A stretch of 64,000 bases of DNA from Malacoraja senta (lineage: Eukaryota). A model generated the notes under the pieces. The model saw nothing but the letters and a program-made list of their open reading frames with translations, made no database searches and was not told the origin of the DNA. The stretch covers positions 8,186,001 through 8,250,000 of the forward strand of contig CM075991.1 in the NCBI GenBank assembly GCA_038087875.1. Reading direction: 5' to 3'. Every line of letters starts with the position of its first letter. Positions within the stretch are counted from its first letter, which is position 1. Shown here in pieces: positions 1-11,010 of the stretch. The position numbers were made by a program, and so were the translations under genes.

Positions 1-142
1 AAAAAATGACACAAAATGCTGGAGTAACTCAGCGGGTCGGGCAGCATCCCAGGGGAACATGGATAGTTGACGTTTTGGGTCAGGATCCTTCTCAGACTGA
101 TTGTAGGGGGATGGGGTGGGGGGGGGGGGGGAGGATAGGGAG

Positions 143-372
143 GTATGAGAGAGTTGTGAGTCTGTGGAATTCTCTGCCTCAGAGGGCGGTGGAGGCCGGT
201 TCTCTGGATGCTTTCAGAGAGAGCTAGATAGGGCTCTTAAAGATAGCGGAGTCAGGGATATTGGGAGAAGGCAGGAACGGGGTACTGATTGGGGATGATC
301 AGCCATGATCACATTGAATGGCGGTGCTGGCTCGAAGGGCCGAATGGCCTACTCCTGCACCTGTTGTCTATC
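143..372 (+). mobile_element. CR1-clade LINE 3' fragment
   Basis: RVVSLWNSLPQRAVEA..; 3' UTR GAAGGGCCGAATGGCCTACTCCTGCACC plus (TATTGTC)n tail. Confidence 0.85.
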
Positions 373-454
373 GTCTATTGTATTGTTCAAGCTTACCTAA
401 AATTGGAGAATAGCTAAGGTTGGCCACCAGGCCCCACAATACCTGCCTCACCAT

Positions 455-978
455 TCACTGGTCAGGCCGCATTTGGAGTACTGAGAGCAAATTTGGGCCC
501 CATATCTGAGGAAGGATGTGCTGGCTCTGGAGAGGGTCCAGAGGAAGTTTACAAGAAAGATTCCAGGAATGAGTGTGTTCGCATATGATGAGCGTTTGAC
601 AGCACTGGGCCTGTACTCGCTGGAGTTTAGAAGGTTGAGGGGGACCTCATTGAAACTTACAGAACAATGAGAGGCATAGTTAGAGTGGATGTGGAAAGGA
701 TGTTTCCACTGGTGGGAGAGTCTAGGACCAGAGGTCATAGCTTCGGAATTAAATGGCGCTCTTTTGGAAAGGAGGTGAGGAGGAACTTCTTTAGTCAGAG
801 GGTAGTTAATCTGTGGAACTCGTTGCCTCAGAGGGCTGTGGAGGCCAAGTCAGTGGATATTTGTAAGGCAGAGATAGAACGTTCTTGATTAGAACGGGTT
901 GTCAAGGGTTATGGGGAGAAGGCAGGGAAACGGAATTAGGAGGCAGAGATCAGCCTTAATTGAATGGTTGGAGTGGAA
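455..978 (+). mobile_element. CR1-clade LINE 3' fragment
   Basis: LVRPHLEY..WAPYLRKD..LERVQRKFT..LYSLE..MFPLVGESRTRGH..NFFSQRVVNLWNSLP. Confidence 0.9.
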
Positions 979-1648
979 CCTTTGAACTATTCAATATATC
1001 ATAGCGGATTAAGGTGACCTCAACTCCTCGTCTGGCCCAGATCCCAACAACCGGCAAATCCCCATCCTTTGATAAACATGCATCTCCCTCCTCCCCCTCC
1101 CTCTTGCTGCGACTACCAGCATGGTTACTAGGGGGACCAATAACAGCGACCCCTATTTATAGAGTGCCATTTAATGTCACGTCACAGGAGTGTTTGACGG
1201 AAATCTCAGGACAGGCCGACTGAGAGGAGACCGGAACTGATGGTTGAGGGTGTAAACAAACTAGTAGGCCGGGACGATGGGATGAATTGTTTCGTCCCCC
1301 CCCCCCCCATCTATTACACTTGCTAACTTCTAGCTTTCGTTCAGCGATACAGCACGGAAACAGGCCCTTCGGCCCACCGAGTCCGCGCCGACCAGCGATC
1401 CCCGCCACACTAACACCATCCTACACACACTGGGGACAGTTTACAACTATTCCAAGCCAATTAACCTAGAAAACTGGGGAGTGTTGAGAACTGGGGAGAC
1501 AAAAACACCCAGACCTTAATGGGATGAGTTGGGAAGATGGGATTCCATAGCTGCAGGTGGAGTGGAATTTGGAATGGGCAAGAGGCCAGAATCGAGGGAC
1601 AGAGAGACCTCATAATGAGTTTCAACACAGGTTCCCAGGTTCAGCTAA

Positions 1649-1939
1649 CAGGCCTGTCCCACTTGGCGATTTTTTAGACACTGCCGGCGACTGTCATAGT
1701 CGTAGCAGGTCGCCGAAAAAAACGGCGACAACCTACGTCAGAAGTCGAGCTACGCTCATTGGCGTCAGACCCACTCTCGGCGAAAATTTTCCAACGTGTT
1801 GAAAATTTAGCGAGAACCAGAAAGACGCTACGACATTTGCGCGACTGAGGAGACGACTCCCGGCCGACCACCGGCGGACATGTGGCGACAAACTAGTCGC
1901 CTGTAGTTGCCTAAAAAATCGCCTAATTGGACAAGCCCA
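1649..1939. mobile_element. PIF/Harbinger-type MITE (family A)
   Basis: TIRs GGCCTGTCCCACTTGGCGATTTTTT / AAAAAATCGCCTAATTGGACAAGCC; TAA on both flanks (1646-1648, 1940-1942). Confidence 0.8.
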
Positions 1940-2419
1940 TAACTCCGTGAATTTGGAGACTCAGATTTCTGACTTTAGTGCGCAGAACCAGGCCCTTCAG
2001 CCCACCGAGGCCGCGCGACCAGCGATCACCCCATACACTAGCACCATCCCACCCACAAGGGGCAATTTATAATTTTACCGATGCCAACTAACTTACAAGG
2101 CCTGCACGTCTTTGGGAGTGTGGGAGGAAACCGGAGCACCCGGAGAAACCCACGCGGGTCACAGGGAGAACGTACAAACTGTGGAAAGACAACACCCATT
2201 GTCAGGATCGAACCCAGGTCTCTGCACTGTAAGGCAGCATCTCGACCTCTGCGCCACTGTGCTACCCCAAGATTTTGAATCTTTTCTCTCCTTTATTATT
2301 TTTAATACATTCTCTGTTTACATCCCCCCTTCTCCAATGTCAAGTAACGTGGCCTTCTGACAATTACTTTGTCCATCCTCCGTTGCCCCACTTCCCCCCA
2401 TAAAGTGCACTGTGAATGG

Positions 2420-3387
2420 ATTAGGAGGAGGAGCCATCTTGGGGAACCGTCCGTTTAACTCACTTTTGTTTGTAGTTTTGGTGAGTCTGTGTCTTGTCTG
2501 TGGAGAATTCGACTTTTTAATGTAGGCGAAGGGGTAACTATATTTCTAGGTCCCTACCTGGTCGGGTGAGGCAGCTTTTCTCCGGGCTGCCCCGTCGACC
2601 CGTCCTCGTGGCCTACCAGCGGGCGTGGAGCGCCGTTTACTGGCGGGGACCGCCCAGCAGCTCGGCTTCGGTGGCGGCACAGCGCTGGAGCGCTATCGCG
2701 GAGTGTAGCGGGCGATGCCTTGCCTGGGTCGCCGCGCTGGATCAACGCGCTGGAGCTCCGGTGAGCTGTGACCGCCGAGGTCAACAACTCCGGGCTGTGG
2801 GTCTGCGGAGAGAGAGTGGGCGGCGCCGACTTCAACATCGGGAGCCTGGAGCTCCAAACCGGCGCGGCCTTGTCGGCTTCGGAAGCCGCGGCCTCCGGTA
2901 AGGAATGCGGCCGTTCCAGGTGGCCCAGCCGCTGAGTGGACTCTCCTGACGCCGGGGCAACAGCACCCGGTGAGAACGGCCAGGAACATCGGGCCTCCGT
3001 AGAGGCAATAGCGGAGGCCTCAATAGGCCTGACTTTGGGAGAACTGGGGATGGGGACTGGACATTGTGCCTTCCCCCACAGTGGTAACCATTGTGGGTGG
3101 ATGGTTTTTGTATGTAGTGTCTCTTTTAGTCTGTGTCCAAGATGGCGGTCGGAAGGGAGAGTGGACGCTGGCGCGGTTTAGCTGCCGCTGCTCTCTCTTC
3201 ACATTGTGTTTCTGATTTTTTTTTTTGTCTTTGGATCGAATTCTGTCCTTAATTTGTGTATTGGTGATGTCTTTTACAATTTATTTTACTCCGATATATG
3301 TTTTCTTACTTGTTAAATTCTGTAAGGTGTCCTTGAGACTTTGGTATAAGGCGCCCATAAATAAAATGTAATATTATTATTATTACT
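2420..3387 (+). mobile_element. GC-rich non-autonomous retroposon with L2-like tail
   Basis: CpG-rich non-coding body; tail TGTAAGGTGTCCTTGAG..AAGGCGCC..AATAAAATG(TAT)n; the 3' ~260 bp recur at ~45985-46260. Confidence 0.7.
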
Positions 3388-3582
3388 TATGGACCGTCAC
3401 ATGACAAGTCACAGTGATATTAAGGTCATAAGGAATAGGAGTAGAATTAGGCCATGCGGCTCATCAAGTCTACTCCGCCATTCAATCATGGCTGATCTAT
3501 CTCTCCCTCCCTTACCAATCAAGAATCTGTCAATCTCTGCTTTAAGAACATCCACTGGGCCTCCACTGTGGCAGGGAATTCC

Positions 3583-3915
3583 AGGCGGCACTGTGGCGCA
3601 GCGGTAGAGTTGCTGCCTTGCAGCGCTTACAGCGCCAGAGACCCGGGTTCGATCCCGACTACGGGTGCTGTCTGTACAGAGTTTGTACCTTCTCCCCTTG
3701 ACCGCATGGGTTTGCTCCGAGATCTTCGGTTCCCTCCAACACTCCAAAGACTCTCATACTGGTCTGTAGGTTAATTGGCTTGGTATAAATGTAAATTGTC
3801 CCTAGTGTGGTAGGATAGTGTTAATGTGCGGGGATAGGTGGTTGATGTGGACTTGGTGGGCCGAAGGGCCTGTTTCTGCGCTGTATCCCTAAACTAAACT
3901 AAAACTAAGCTAAAA
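3583..3915 (+). mobile_element. HE1-type tRNA-derived V-SINE, near full length
   Basis: A box TGGCGCAGCGG, B box GGTTCGATCC, V-domain (CTGTACAGAGTTTGTAC..CTCCCC..), and CR1-shared tail GGGCCGAAGGGCCTGTTTC..(CTAAA)n. Dozens of copies occur in the window. Confidence 0.88.
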
Positions 3916-5660
3916 GGAATAGTTGACATTTGTCTGAAGAAGGGTTCTGGCCCCAAACGTCACCTATTCCTTTTCTCCAGAGACCCTGCTTGACCCGCTG
4001 AGTCGCTCCAAGAATCTTGTGCCATGGTTAGAGTTTAGAGATACAGCATGGAAGCAGGCCCTTCGGCCCGCCGAGTCTAAACTAAACAAAACTAAACTAC
4101 CCTCTGGCTGAAGAAATTCCTGCTCATCTCCTTTCTGAAGATCCATCCTTTTATTCTGAGGCTGTGCCCCTCTGGTCTAGACTCTGCCGCAAGTGGGAAC
4201 ACCCTCTACACATACACACTACATAGTCCACAGATGCAGTGGCCCAGACGACTGCATCACCTCCCACCTTCTTAACCCTACACCGAGGTTAACAAACACC
4301 TGGATGATGACGAACACCTATGGTTCGTCGGGACTGAGAACCATGTTAGAGCATGGAGCAGTATGAACACAAGAACAGGCCCTTCGGCCCACAGTGTCTG
4401 TGCTGAACGTGATACCAGGACCATATCTTCCTGTTCATAACCCATATCCATCTATACCCTGCATATCCATGTGCCTATCCAAATGTATTTTAAATGCCAC
4501 TAACGTATCTGCTTCCACCACCACCGCTGGCAGTGCTTTCAAGGCACCCATCATCCTCTGTGTATAAAAACATGCACCGCAAACTTTGCCCCTCTCACCT
4601 AAAGGTATGCCTCTAGTATTTCATATTCCCATCCTGGGATGCAATCAGCCAGCTCAAACAAGAAAGGTTCAATACACGTTAATACACACTTTTTCCATTC
4701 TTCCTAGGATTTTTCAAAGCACTTTGCAACTAAATAAATGATCCGCTGTTTCAAGGTAGGTTTAATTGGCTTCTGTAAAATTACCCCTAGTGTGTAGGAT
4801 GCGAAACTGGGATTACATAGAACTAGCGTACGGCGCGGACCTGGTGGCCAAAGGACCGGTTTCCACCCTGCGTCTCCAAATTAAAATTCACTCCCACTCA
4901 CAAAGCCCGCACACTGTAGCGATGGTGAGATGGTGTGTTGATTTTTAAATGAGGCTATTGTTGCCAGCACCAAGGTTAAAACTCTGCCATTTCAGATGTC
5001 CCTTGGATCTTTTACATACAATAGGTGTTTGATAGATCTTGGGTTTATAATTACTGCTGTGCACTCCCTCAACGCTGCCTCTGCTGTCACCTCCGGAATG
5101 AGACTTTAACCCAGATCTTCTACATTTCCTTATTTCACAGCAGCAGGCCATTCGGCCCATCCTTCCTCTGTTAGTTCGCAGAACAAACACCTGCGCTCCC
5201 ACTAGATTCAAGATTCAAGAGAGTTGATTGTCATGTGTCCCAGATAGGACAATGACATTCTTGCTTTGCTTCAGCACAACAGAATATAGTAGGCATAAAT
5301 AAATAAATTCCTTGCGAGATCCATGAGAAGATTGATCCGGCCCTTCGGCCCACAATGTCCCATGCCGAACTCAATGCCAAGTTAAAACTAATCTCCTCTG
5401 CCCGCACATTCAGTTTAGTTTAGATGAAGAGATACAGCGGAGGAAACTGGCCCACCATCGGTCCCCGTACACGAGCACCATCCTACACACTAGGGACAAT
5501 TTACAGAAGCTAATTAACCTGCACGTCTTTGGGACGTGGGTGGAAACCGGAGCACCCGGAGAAAACCCACGTGGTCACGGGGAGAAGGTACAAACTCCGT
5601 AGAAACAGCACCCATAGTTAGGATGGAACCCGGGTCTCGGGCGCTGTGAGGCAGCACTCT

Positions 5661-6625
5661 ATGTTACAATACTTACCTTCAGCGTCGCTACAATTCTGCC
5701 ACTGGCCGTGTGCGCGATTTCTCCTACCTTATCCTGTATTATATTTCGTTGGAGTACAAGCGTTTGCTGAAAAATCGTTCCTACGGGCGGTTGTGTATTT
5801 TTATTTTTATTAAATCAACAATGTCAGCGCTGGAGTTATTTTAAAATCAGCTTCGAAAGCCGTCAACGCCGACAACGGGGACGGATTTCACACACGGGAC
5901 AAGTAAACGAAAGTAGTTATTTTTTTGTATAAAAGTGCTTCTTAAGAGGCCTTTAATTCACAATTATTAATGCGAAACGGTGATTCTTTTCCCAACTAAC
6001 TAGGCAGAATTTTTCATGCCGATACGGGGTTAATTTCACCGCAAATCAACGTCCAATTGATCGCGTTCAAGAAAAAACCACTCGCAAGATGATTTAAATG
6101 CCATTAATTTACAGTATTAAACATTCAATTCTTCCATTTGGCTGTAAATTCATGACAATGAGATTAAAAATTATGTTTATATTGTGATTACTTGTGTGAT
6201 ATGTTATTTGGACACTTAGACTATTTAAAAATGTTAATCTATTCTTAAGAAATTGATAGATGTTTAGATCTAGGAATTAGTAACTAACTAATTATATGCT
6301 TTAATTTATGTCATCTAAGTAAGATTGTTTCATATTTGTTTCAGAATGGCTTCAATCTATAATAACTGAAAATTTCTTTCAGTTCTCTTAATTTTTAAGA
6401 AAGTTATGGGCTTTTAACTGTCCTCGATCACAGCTTTTGTGTCAAGTTAATGGGAAAACAATAGGGAACAAAATGCGAATTTCCGAGTATGAAAATGGCC
6501 ATAACTTTTTTAATACTGAAGATATGAAAGTGAATTTAGGTGTCAAATTAAACTTCTTTTTATGCTTTATCTGATGGGATAAATTGCAGACTTTATTTTT
6601 AAATCTCAAAATGTTGTAACATTGC
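5661..6625. mobile_element. AT-rich non-autonomous DNA transposon inserted in a SINE
   Basis: Terminal ATGTTACAA / TTGTAACAT; the SINE motif (a)actct is repeated on both sides; no ORF. Confidence 0.6.
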
Positions 6626-7454
6626 TAACTCTACTACTGTTCCATCTGCCGCACATGATCCATATCCTCCATTTCAGAAATATCAACGTTCCCATCTAAA
6701 TGCCTCTATTACACCTGCTTCCACTACCACCCCTGGCAGCATGTTCCAGGCACCCGGCACTCTGTAAAAAATGATGCCGTACATCGAACAGTACAGCACA
6801 GGAACAGCCCTTTAACCTACAGTGTCTGTGCCGAACATAATGTCAAGACCGACTCTTATCTGCCTGCACGTAATGCATACCCCTCCACTCCCAGTACAGC
6901 CATATGCCTATCCAATCGTCTCTTAAAGGCCACCCATTTTATCTGCCTCCACCACCACGTTCCAGGTACTCACCGCCCTCTGTTCACTCACAACCCCCGT
7001 CACCTTAAAACTAAGCCCTCTAGTCTTTGACATTTTCAACCTTGGAAAAAATACCCTAATTTTGCATCTATTCCAGCACCCACCTACATTGGGGGCGATT
7101 TATAACGGCCAATTTATCGCCAGTACGTGTGTGTGTCGTCTGTGGTAACGTACACAGCCGCAGGGAGACCACGCAAACCCTACCTCACCGGAGGTCAGGA
7201 TCGAACCTGGGTCACTTGGGTTGTGAGGCAGCGGCTCGATTGGTTGTGCCGCTGGGCTGATCACGACCTACCAACCAGGGGGTAACGGGGTGCGAACAAA
7301 CCGCTGGGTTCCAGTCAAACGAGATGCTCCCTTCAGTAATAGCAAACAGCCAATATGCTTTCAGGCAGGCTGTGACAGTTGGAACATAGAGAGGTACAGC
7401 CCCCAATATTTATCACAAACATGATGGCAAGATGATCACATCTCCCTGTACATA

Positions 7455-8300
7455 GAGCCATACAGCGTGAAATCAGCCCCTTCGGCCCAACTTGCCCACA
7501 CTGGCCAACATGTGCCATCGCTTGGGTAGTCTGTATCCCAGCGGCATGAACATTGACTTCTCCAATTTCTCGTAGCCCTCACTGTCTCCACCCCTTCTCA
7601 GCTCTCCCTCAGCCCTCTGGCTCCTCCTCTTCCTTTCTTCTACCCCCCCCCCCCCCCCCCCCAACATCAGTCTGAAGAAGGGTTTCGGCCCGAAACATTG
7701 CCTATTTCCTTCGCTCCATAGATGCTGCCTAACCCTCTGAGTTTCTCCAGCACTTTTGTGTACCATCTACAGTAGTTCCACCTGCCTGCATCTAGCCCAT
7801 ATCCCTCTAAACCCTGTCCTATCCATTTACATATCTAAATTCTTCTTAAATGTTGCGATGGTACCTACCTCAACTACCCTCCTCCGGCATCTCGTTCCAT
7901 ATATCCACCACCTTTGAGTAAAAAAGGTTATTCTTTGGGTTGCTATTAATTCTTTCCTCCCTCACCTTAAACCTATGTCCTCTGGTTCTCGATTCCCCTA
8001 CTCTGGGCAAGAGACTCTGTGCCTTTATCTGGTCTATTCCCCTCATGATTTTCTACACTCCATCAGATCACCCGTCATCCTCCTGCGCTCCGAGCAGAGA
8101 GTCCCGGTCTGCTCAACCTCTCCCTATTGTTCAGGTCCTCGAGTCCCCGAAAATCCTGTAAATCTTCTCTGCACCCTTTCCAGCTTGACACACCTTTCCT
8201 ATAACACGGTGCCCAAAACTGAACCACAATACCCTAAATGTGGGCACACCGACACCTTGTATAACTGCAACATGACCTCCCAACCTCTGTACTCAATATT
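7455..8300 (-). mobile_element. Degenerate CR1 3' fragment (interrupted by the PLE piece)
   Basis: Reverse complement of the CR1 RT C-terminus and 3' UTR, with many indels. Confidence 0.75.
7519..7760 (+). mobile_element. Penelope-like element 3' fragment (GIY-YIG C-terminus plus terminal repeat with hammerhead motif) nested in a CR1 tail
   Basis: 7519-7575 encodes RLGSLYPSGMNIDFSNFS*, the typical end of a PLE GIY-YIG ORF. It is followed by a pyrimidine tract and CTGAAGA-A-GGGTTTCGGCCC-GAAAC at 7672-7696, and flanked by tgtgccatc/tgtaccatc. Confidence 0.75.
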
Positions 8301-8893
8301 GGATGATGCACGATCCCATATCCCACTATCCCTGCACTTGTATGTGCCCGCCTAAAATCCTCTTCAACGTCACTTTCATATCTGCCCCCTTCACCCCCCC
8401 CCACGGTAATGTGTTCCTAGCCCCCGCCACTCTCTGTGTAAAAAAAACCTTCCCCCCTCTCACCTTATAGCTGTGCCCTCTAGTATTGGACATCTCCATG
8501 CCTCGCAGAATTTTATAAAATTCTCAACCTCCGACGTTCCAGGGAAAACATTCCCAGTCCGTCCAACCTCTCCCTGGATTTAAACCCTCCAATCCAGGCA
8601 ACGTTCGGGTAAACCTCCTCTGCACCATCTCCATAGCCTCCACCATTGATGGGGCGGCCTGGACTGCATGTGTTTCACCAAGTACAGCCCAACAAAAGTC
8701 CTATGGAGCTCACAGGTTCACGTTCATAAGCTCTAGGAACTGAATAAGGCCATTCGGCCCACCGAGTCTACTCCGCCATTCTATCATGTCTGATCCATCC
8801 TTCCCTCCCAGCCCCATTCTCCTTGCCTTTGTCCCCATAAACCCCCCGACACCCCCATACTAATCAGGACTACAGAGGAAGATGAGGATTTAC

Positions 8894-9603
8894 CTGCTGA
8901 TGTGGCAGCCAGTTGCTATTGCCATCTGTGTTCACCGGGTTGTCTCCATCCAAGATTTGGGGGTTAATCCCGGGCGGCTTCTGTTCAACTTTGGGGGCAA
9001 CAGGACGTGACTGGAGAAGGGCTCTTGGAGGAGCAGGAGGGGATCGAGTTCGAGACTCCCATCGATCTTCTCAAGCCCCTGCTGCAGGTGGCGTTGATGG
9101 ATCCCCAGACTCCACCGCCACCTCCACCTCCACCGCCGCCGCCTTGCTGCTGGTGGCCTCCCCAGTTGTACGCCCTGAAGGCTGCTGCTGCCCACTGAGC
9201 CCGTTCCTCTGGGTGAAGGTCGCTTGGTGGGGGTGTTGGTGCTGGCTAAGGGGCGACTGCCTGTGCTGCTGGGACAGCCCCATCTGATGGGCCGAAGGGA
9301 AGGTCCCTCCTCCGAAGAGAGGCCCCAGGTGGACCATCTTGGGTAGAAGCATGGCGGTGGGCAGGACCCTTTGTTGCAGAAGGTTCTCCTCGCCCGCCTG
9401 GCTGGTGGACCAGCCTAGGCTGTTGTGGGATGAGCCACTCCCTCCCAGATCCTGCAGCACCAAGTTGGCAGTGGTTGTGGTGGTGGCAGTCCAGCTGGGT
9501 GTTCCCCTCTCCACTCTGCACCTCTGCACCCTGGAACGGCTCCAGGTCGGGGCTCCAGATACGCGTTGCAAACGGCTTGTCTTTTGGTGTCATTCTGGAG
9601 CAT
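8894..9603 (-). CDS. CPEB3: First coding exon of a CPEB3-like gene (CPEB2/3/4 subfamily, low-complexity N-terminal region); four apparent -1 frameshifts in this assembly
   Basis: Polypyrimidine tract, then cag|ccATG (ATG 9603-9601); donor CAG|gtaaat at 8894. Joined frames give ...GWSTSQAGEENLLQ..AMLLPKMVHLGPLFGGGTF..QMGLSQ..RQSP..QATFTQR / ..VWGSINATCSRGLRRSMGV..SSK / KPFSSHVLLPPKLNRSRPGLTPKSWME / DNPVNTDGNSNWLPHQQ. This parallels recalled CPEB3 (WSTGTTNAVEDSFFQ..TMLFQNFPHHVNPVFGGTFSPQIGL..RRSP..KKPFSSNVIAPPKFPRAAPLTSKSWMEDNAFRTDNGNNLLPFQ). 710 nt + 4 = 714 nt = 238 codons, phase 0. Orthologue versus paralogue is unresolved. Confidence 0.85.
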
Positions 9604-9689
9604 GGCTGGAATTGGGCAGAAGGTGGGGGGGGGGGGAGAGGAGGAAGGGAAGGCAAATCCTTATATGAAACAAAAAGGAGGTGGCGGGT

Positions 9690-10596
9690 GAGAAGGGGAG
9701 AGGGGGTTGGTTGGTTGTGGATGGGAAGAGAGGAGGAGGAAGGGAATTCCTTATACTAAAGGAGGGGAGGGTGTTGGGGGGAGAGTGGAGAGGGTATGAA
9801 AGGAGAGGAGAGAAGAGGAATTTCTTGCAAAAGGAGGGTTGGGGGGGGAAGAGGGGAGGAGAGGAGAATGGGAGAAGAGGAGAGGTGAGAAGGAAAGAGG
9901 AATTCCTTGTAAAAAGGAGGAGAGGGGAGTAGGTTGGGAGGGAGAGGAGAGATGAGAAGGAAAGAGGAATTCCTTGTAAAAAGAGGGGGAGGGAGGTAGG
10001 TTAGGATTGAGAGGAGAGGAGAGATGAGAAGGAAAGAGGAATTCCTTGTAAAAAGGAGGAGAGGGGAGTAGGTTGGGAGGGAGAGGAGAGATGAGAAGGA
10101 AAGAGGAATTCCTTTTAAAAAGGGAGGGGAGTAGGGTTGGGAGGGAGAGAGATGAGAAGGAAAGAGGAATTCCTTGTAAAAAGGGGGGAGTGAGGTTGGG
10201 ATTGAGAGGAGAGAAGGAGAGGAGAGGAGAGGTGAGGAGAAGGAAAGAGGAATTCTTGTAAAAAAGGATTAGAGGTGGGGTGGTTGGGAGGGAGAGAGAG
10301 GAATTCCTTGTAAAAAGGGTTGGGGGGAAGAGGAGGGAGAATGGAGAAGAGGAGAGGTGAGAAAGGAAAGAGGAATTCCTTGTAAAAAGGGAGGGGAGGG
10401 AGGTAGGTTGGGAGGGAGAGGAGAGGAGAGGAGAGGAATTCCTTGTAAAAGGGGGTTGGGGGGAAGAGGGGAGGAGAGGAGAATGGAGAAGAGGAGAGGT
10501 GAGAAGGAAAGAGGAATTCCTTGTAAAAAGGTTGGGAGGGAGAGGAGAGGAGAGGAGAGGTGAGAAGTGGGGGGTTTGGAGGAGAAGGGAGAGGGT
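9690..10596. repeat. Purine-rich minisatellite (~55-65 bp unit with GAAGGAAAGAGGAATTCCTTGTAAAAAG core) in intron 1 of the CPEB-like gene
   Basis: About a dozen recurrences of GGAATTCCTTGTAAAA separated by G/A-rich spacers. Confidence 0.9.
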
Positions 10597-10599
10597 TAA

Positions 10600-11010
10600 G
10601 CCAAGCCTAGCCCAGTAACCCAGCCCGGCTCTACCCCCGGCGATCCTCGGCCACTGAGCTAGCTGCCCGGGTTGTGTAACAGCACAGTTTCAGCCAACGC
10701 CGCAACGAACGCACGAAACGACATGAAACTAACCTAGCAGCATAATGCGGGCAGCGCTGGTCCGCTGCCGCTGCCGCTGCTGCTGCCTCCGCTGCTGCTG
10801 TGTTGTGTTGTGTTGTGTGTGTCTGTCTCTGCGCTGTATGTGTGTGCTCGCGTTCTCTCTCCTTCTCTCCCGTCCCCCCTGTCCTTCCTCATCGATCGCA
10901 TCAAAATGGAATAACCAAGATCACAAGATTGTGTTTAATGACCCCACTCCTCGCCGCTTTACTCCGGAACTAAAGCTGCAACACTCCGGAGCATTCTGGT
11001 CGATTCAGAT
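10600..11010 (-). promoter_or_regulatory. CpG-rich promoter/TSS region of the CPEB-like gene
   Basis: Local CpG enrichment in non-repeat sequence around the putative first exon. Confidence 0.45.
10734..10880 (-). other. Putative non-coding first exon (5' UTR) of the CPEB-like gene
   Basis: CpG-rich unique sequence with (CAG/CGG)n-type repeats on the minus strand, ending at donor TAG|gttagt (10734/10733), about 1.1 kb upstream of the coding-exon acceptor. The upstream boundary is approximate. Confidence 0.55.

Noticed and set aside
2554..3181. Overlapping GC-rich ORFs (also 17372-17845, 32264-32842 and 40779-41210)
   Set aside because: Open on both strands because of high GC, inside interspersed repeats, with no recognisable domain.
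3585..3665. tRNA-like sequences with A and B boxes
   Set aside because: They continue into the V-domain and LINE tail, so they are SINE heads rather than tRNA genes.
1..8893. HDV-like ribozyme or further CPEB exons in the intron
   Set aside because: None recognised by eye; the only sense-strand hammerhead-like copy I noticed (~69-95) has broken core boxes. A covariance-model scan is needed to exclude one formally.
9690..10596. Repeat-spacer pattern resembling a CRISPR array
   Set aside because: Vertebrate DNA, spacers are low-complexity and similar to each other, and there are no cas genes; it is a minisatellite.
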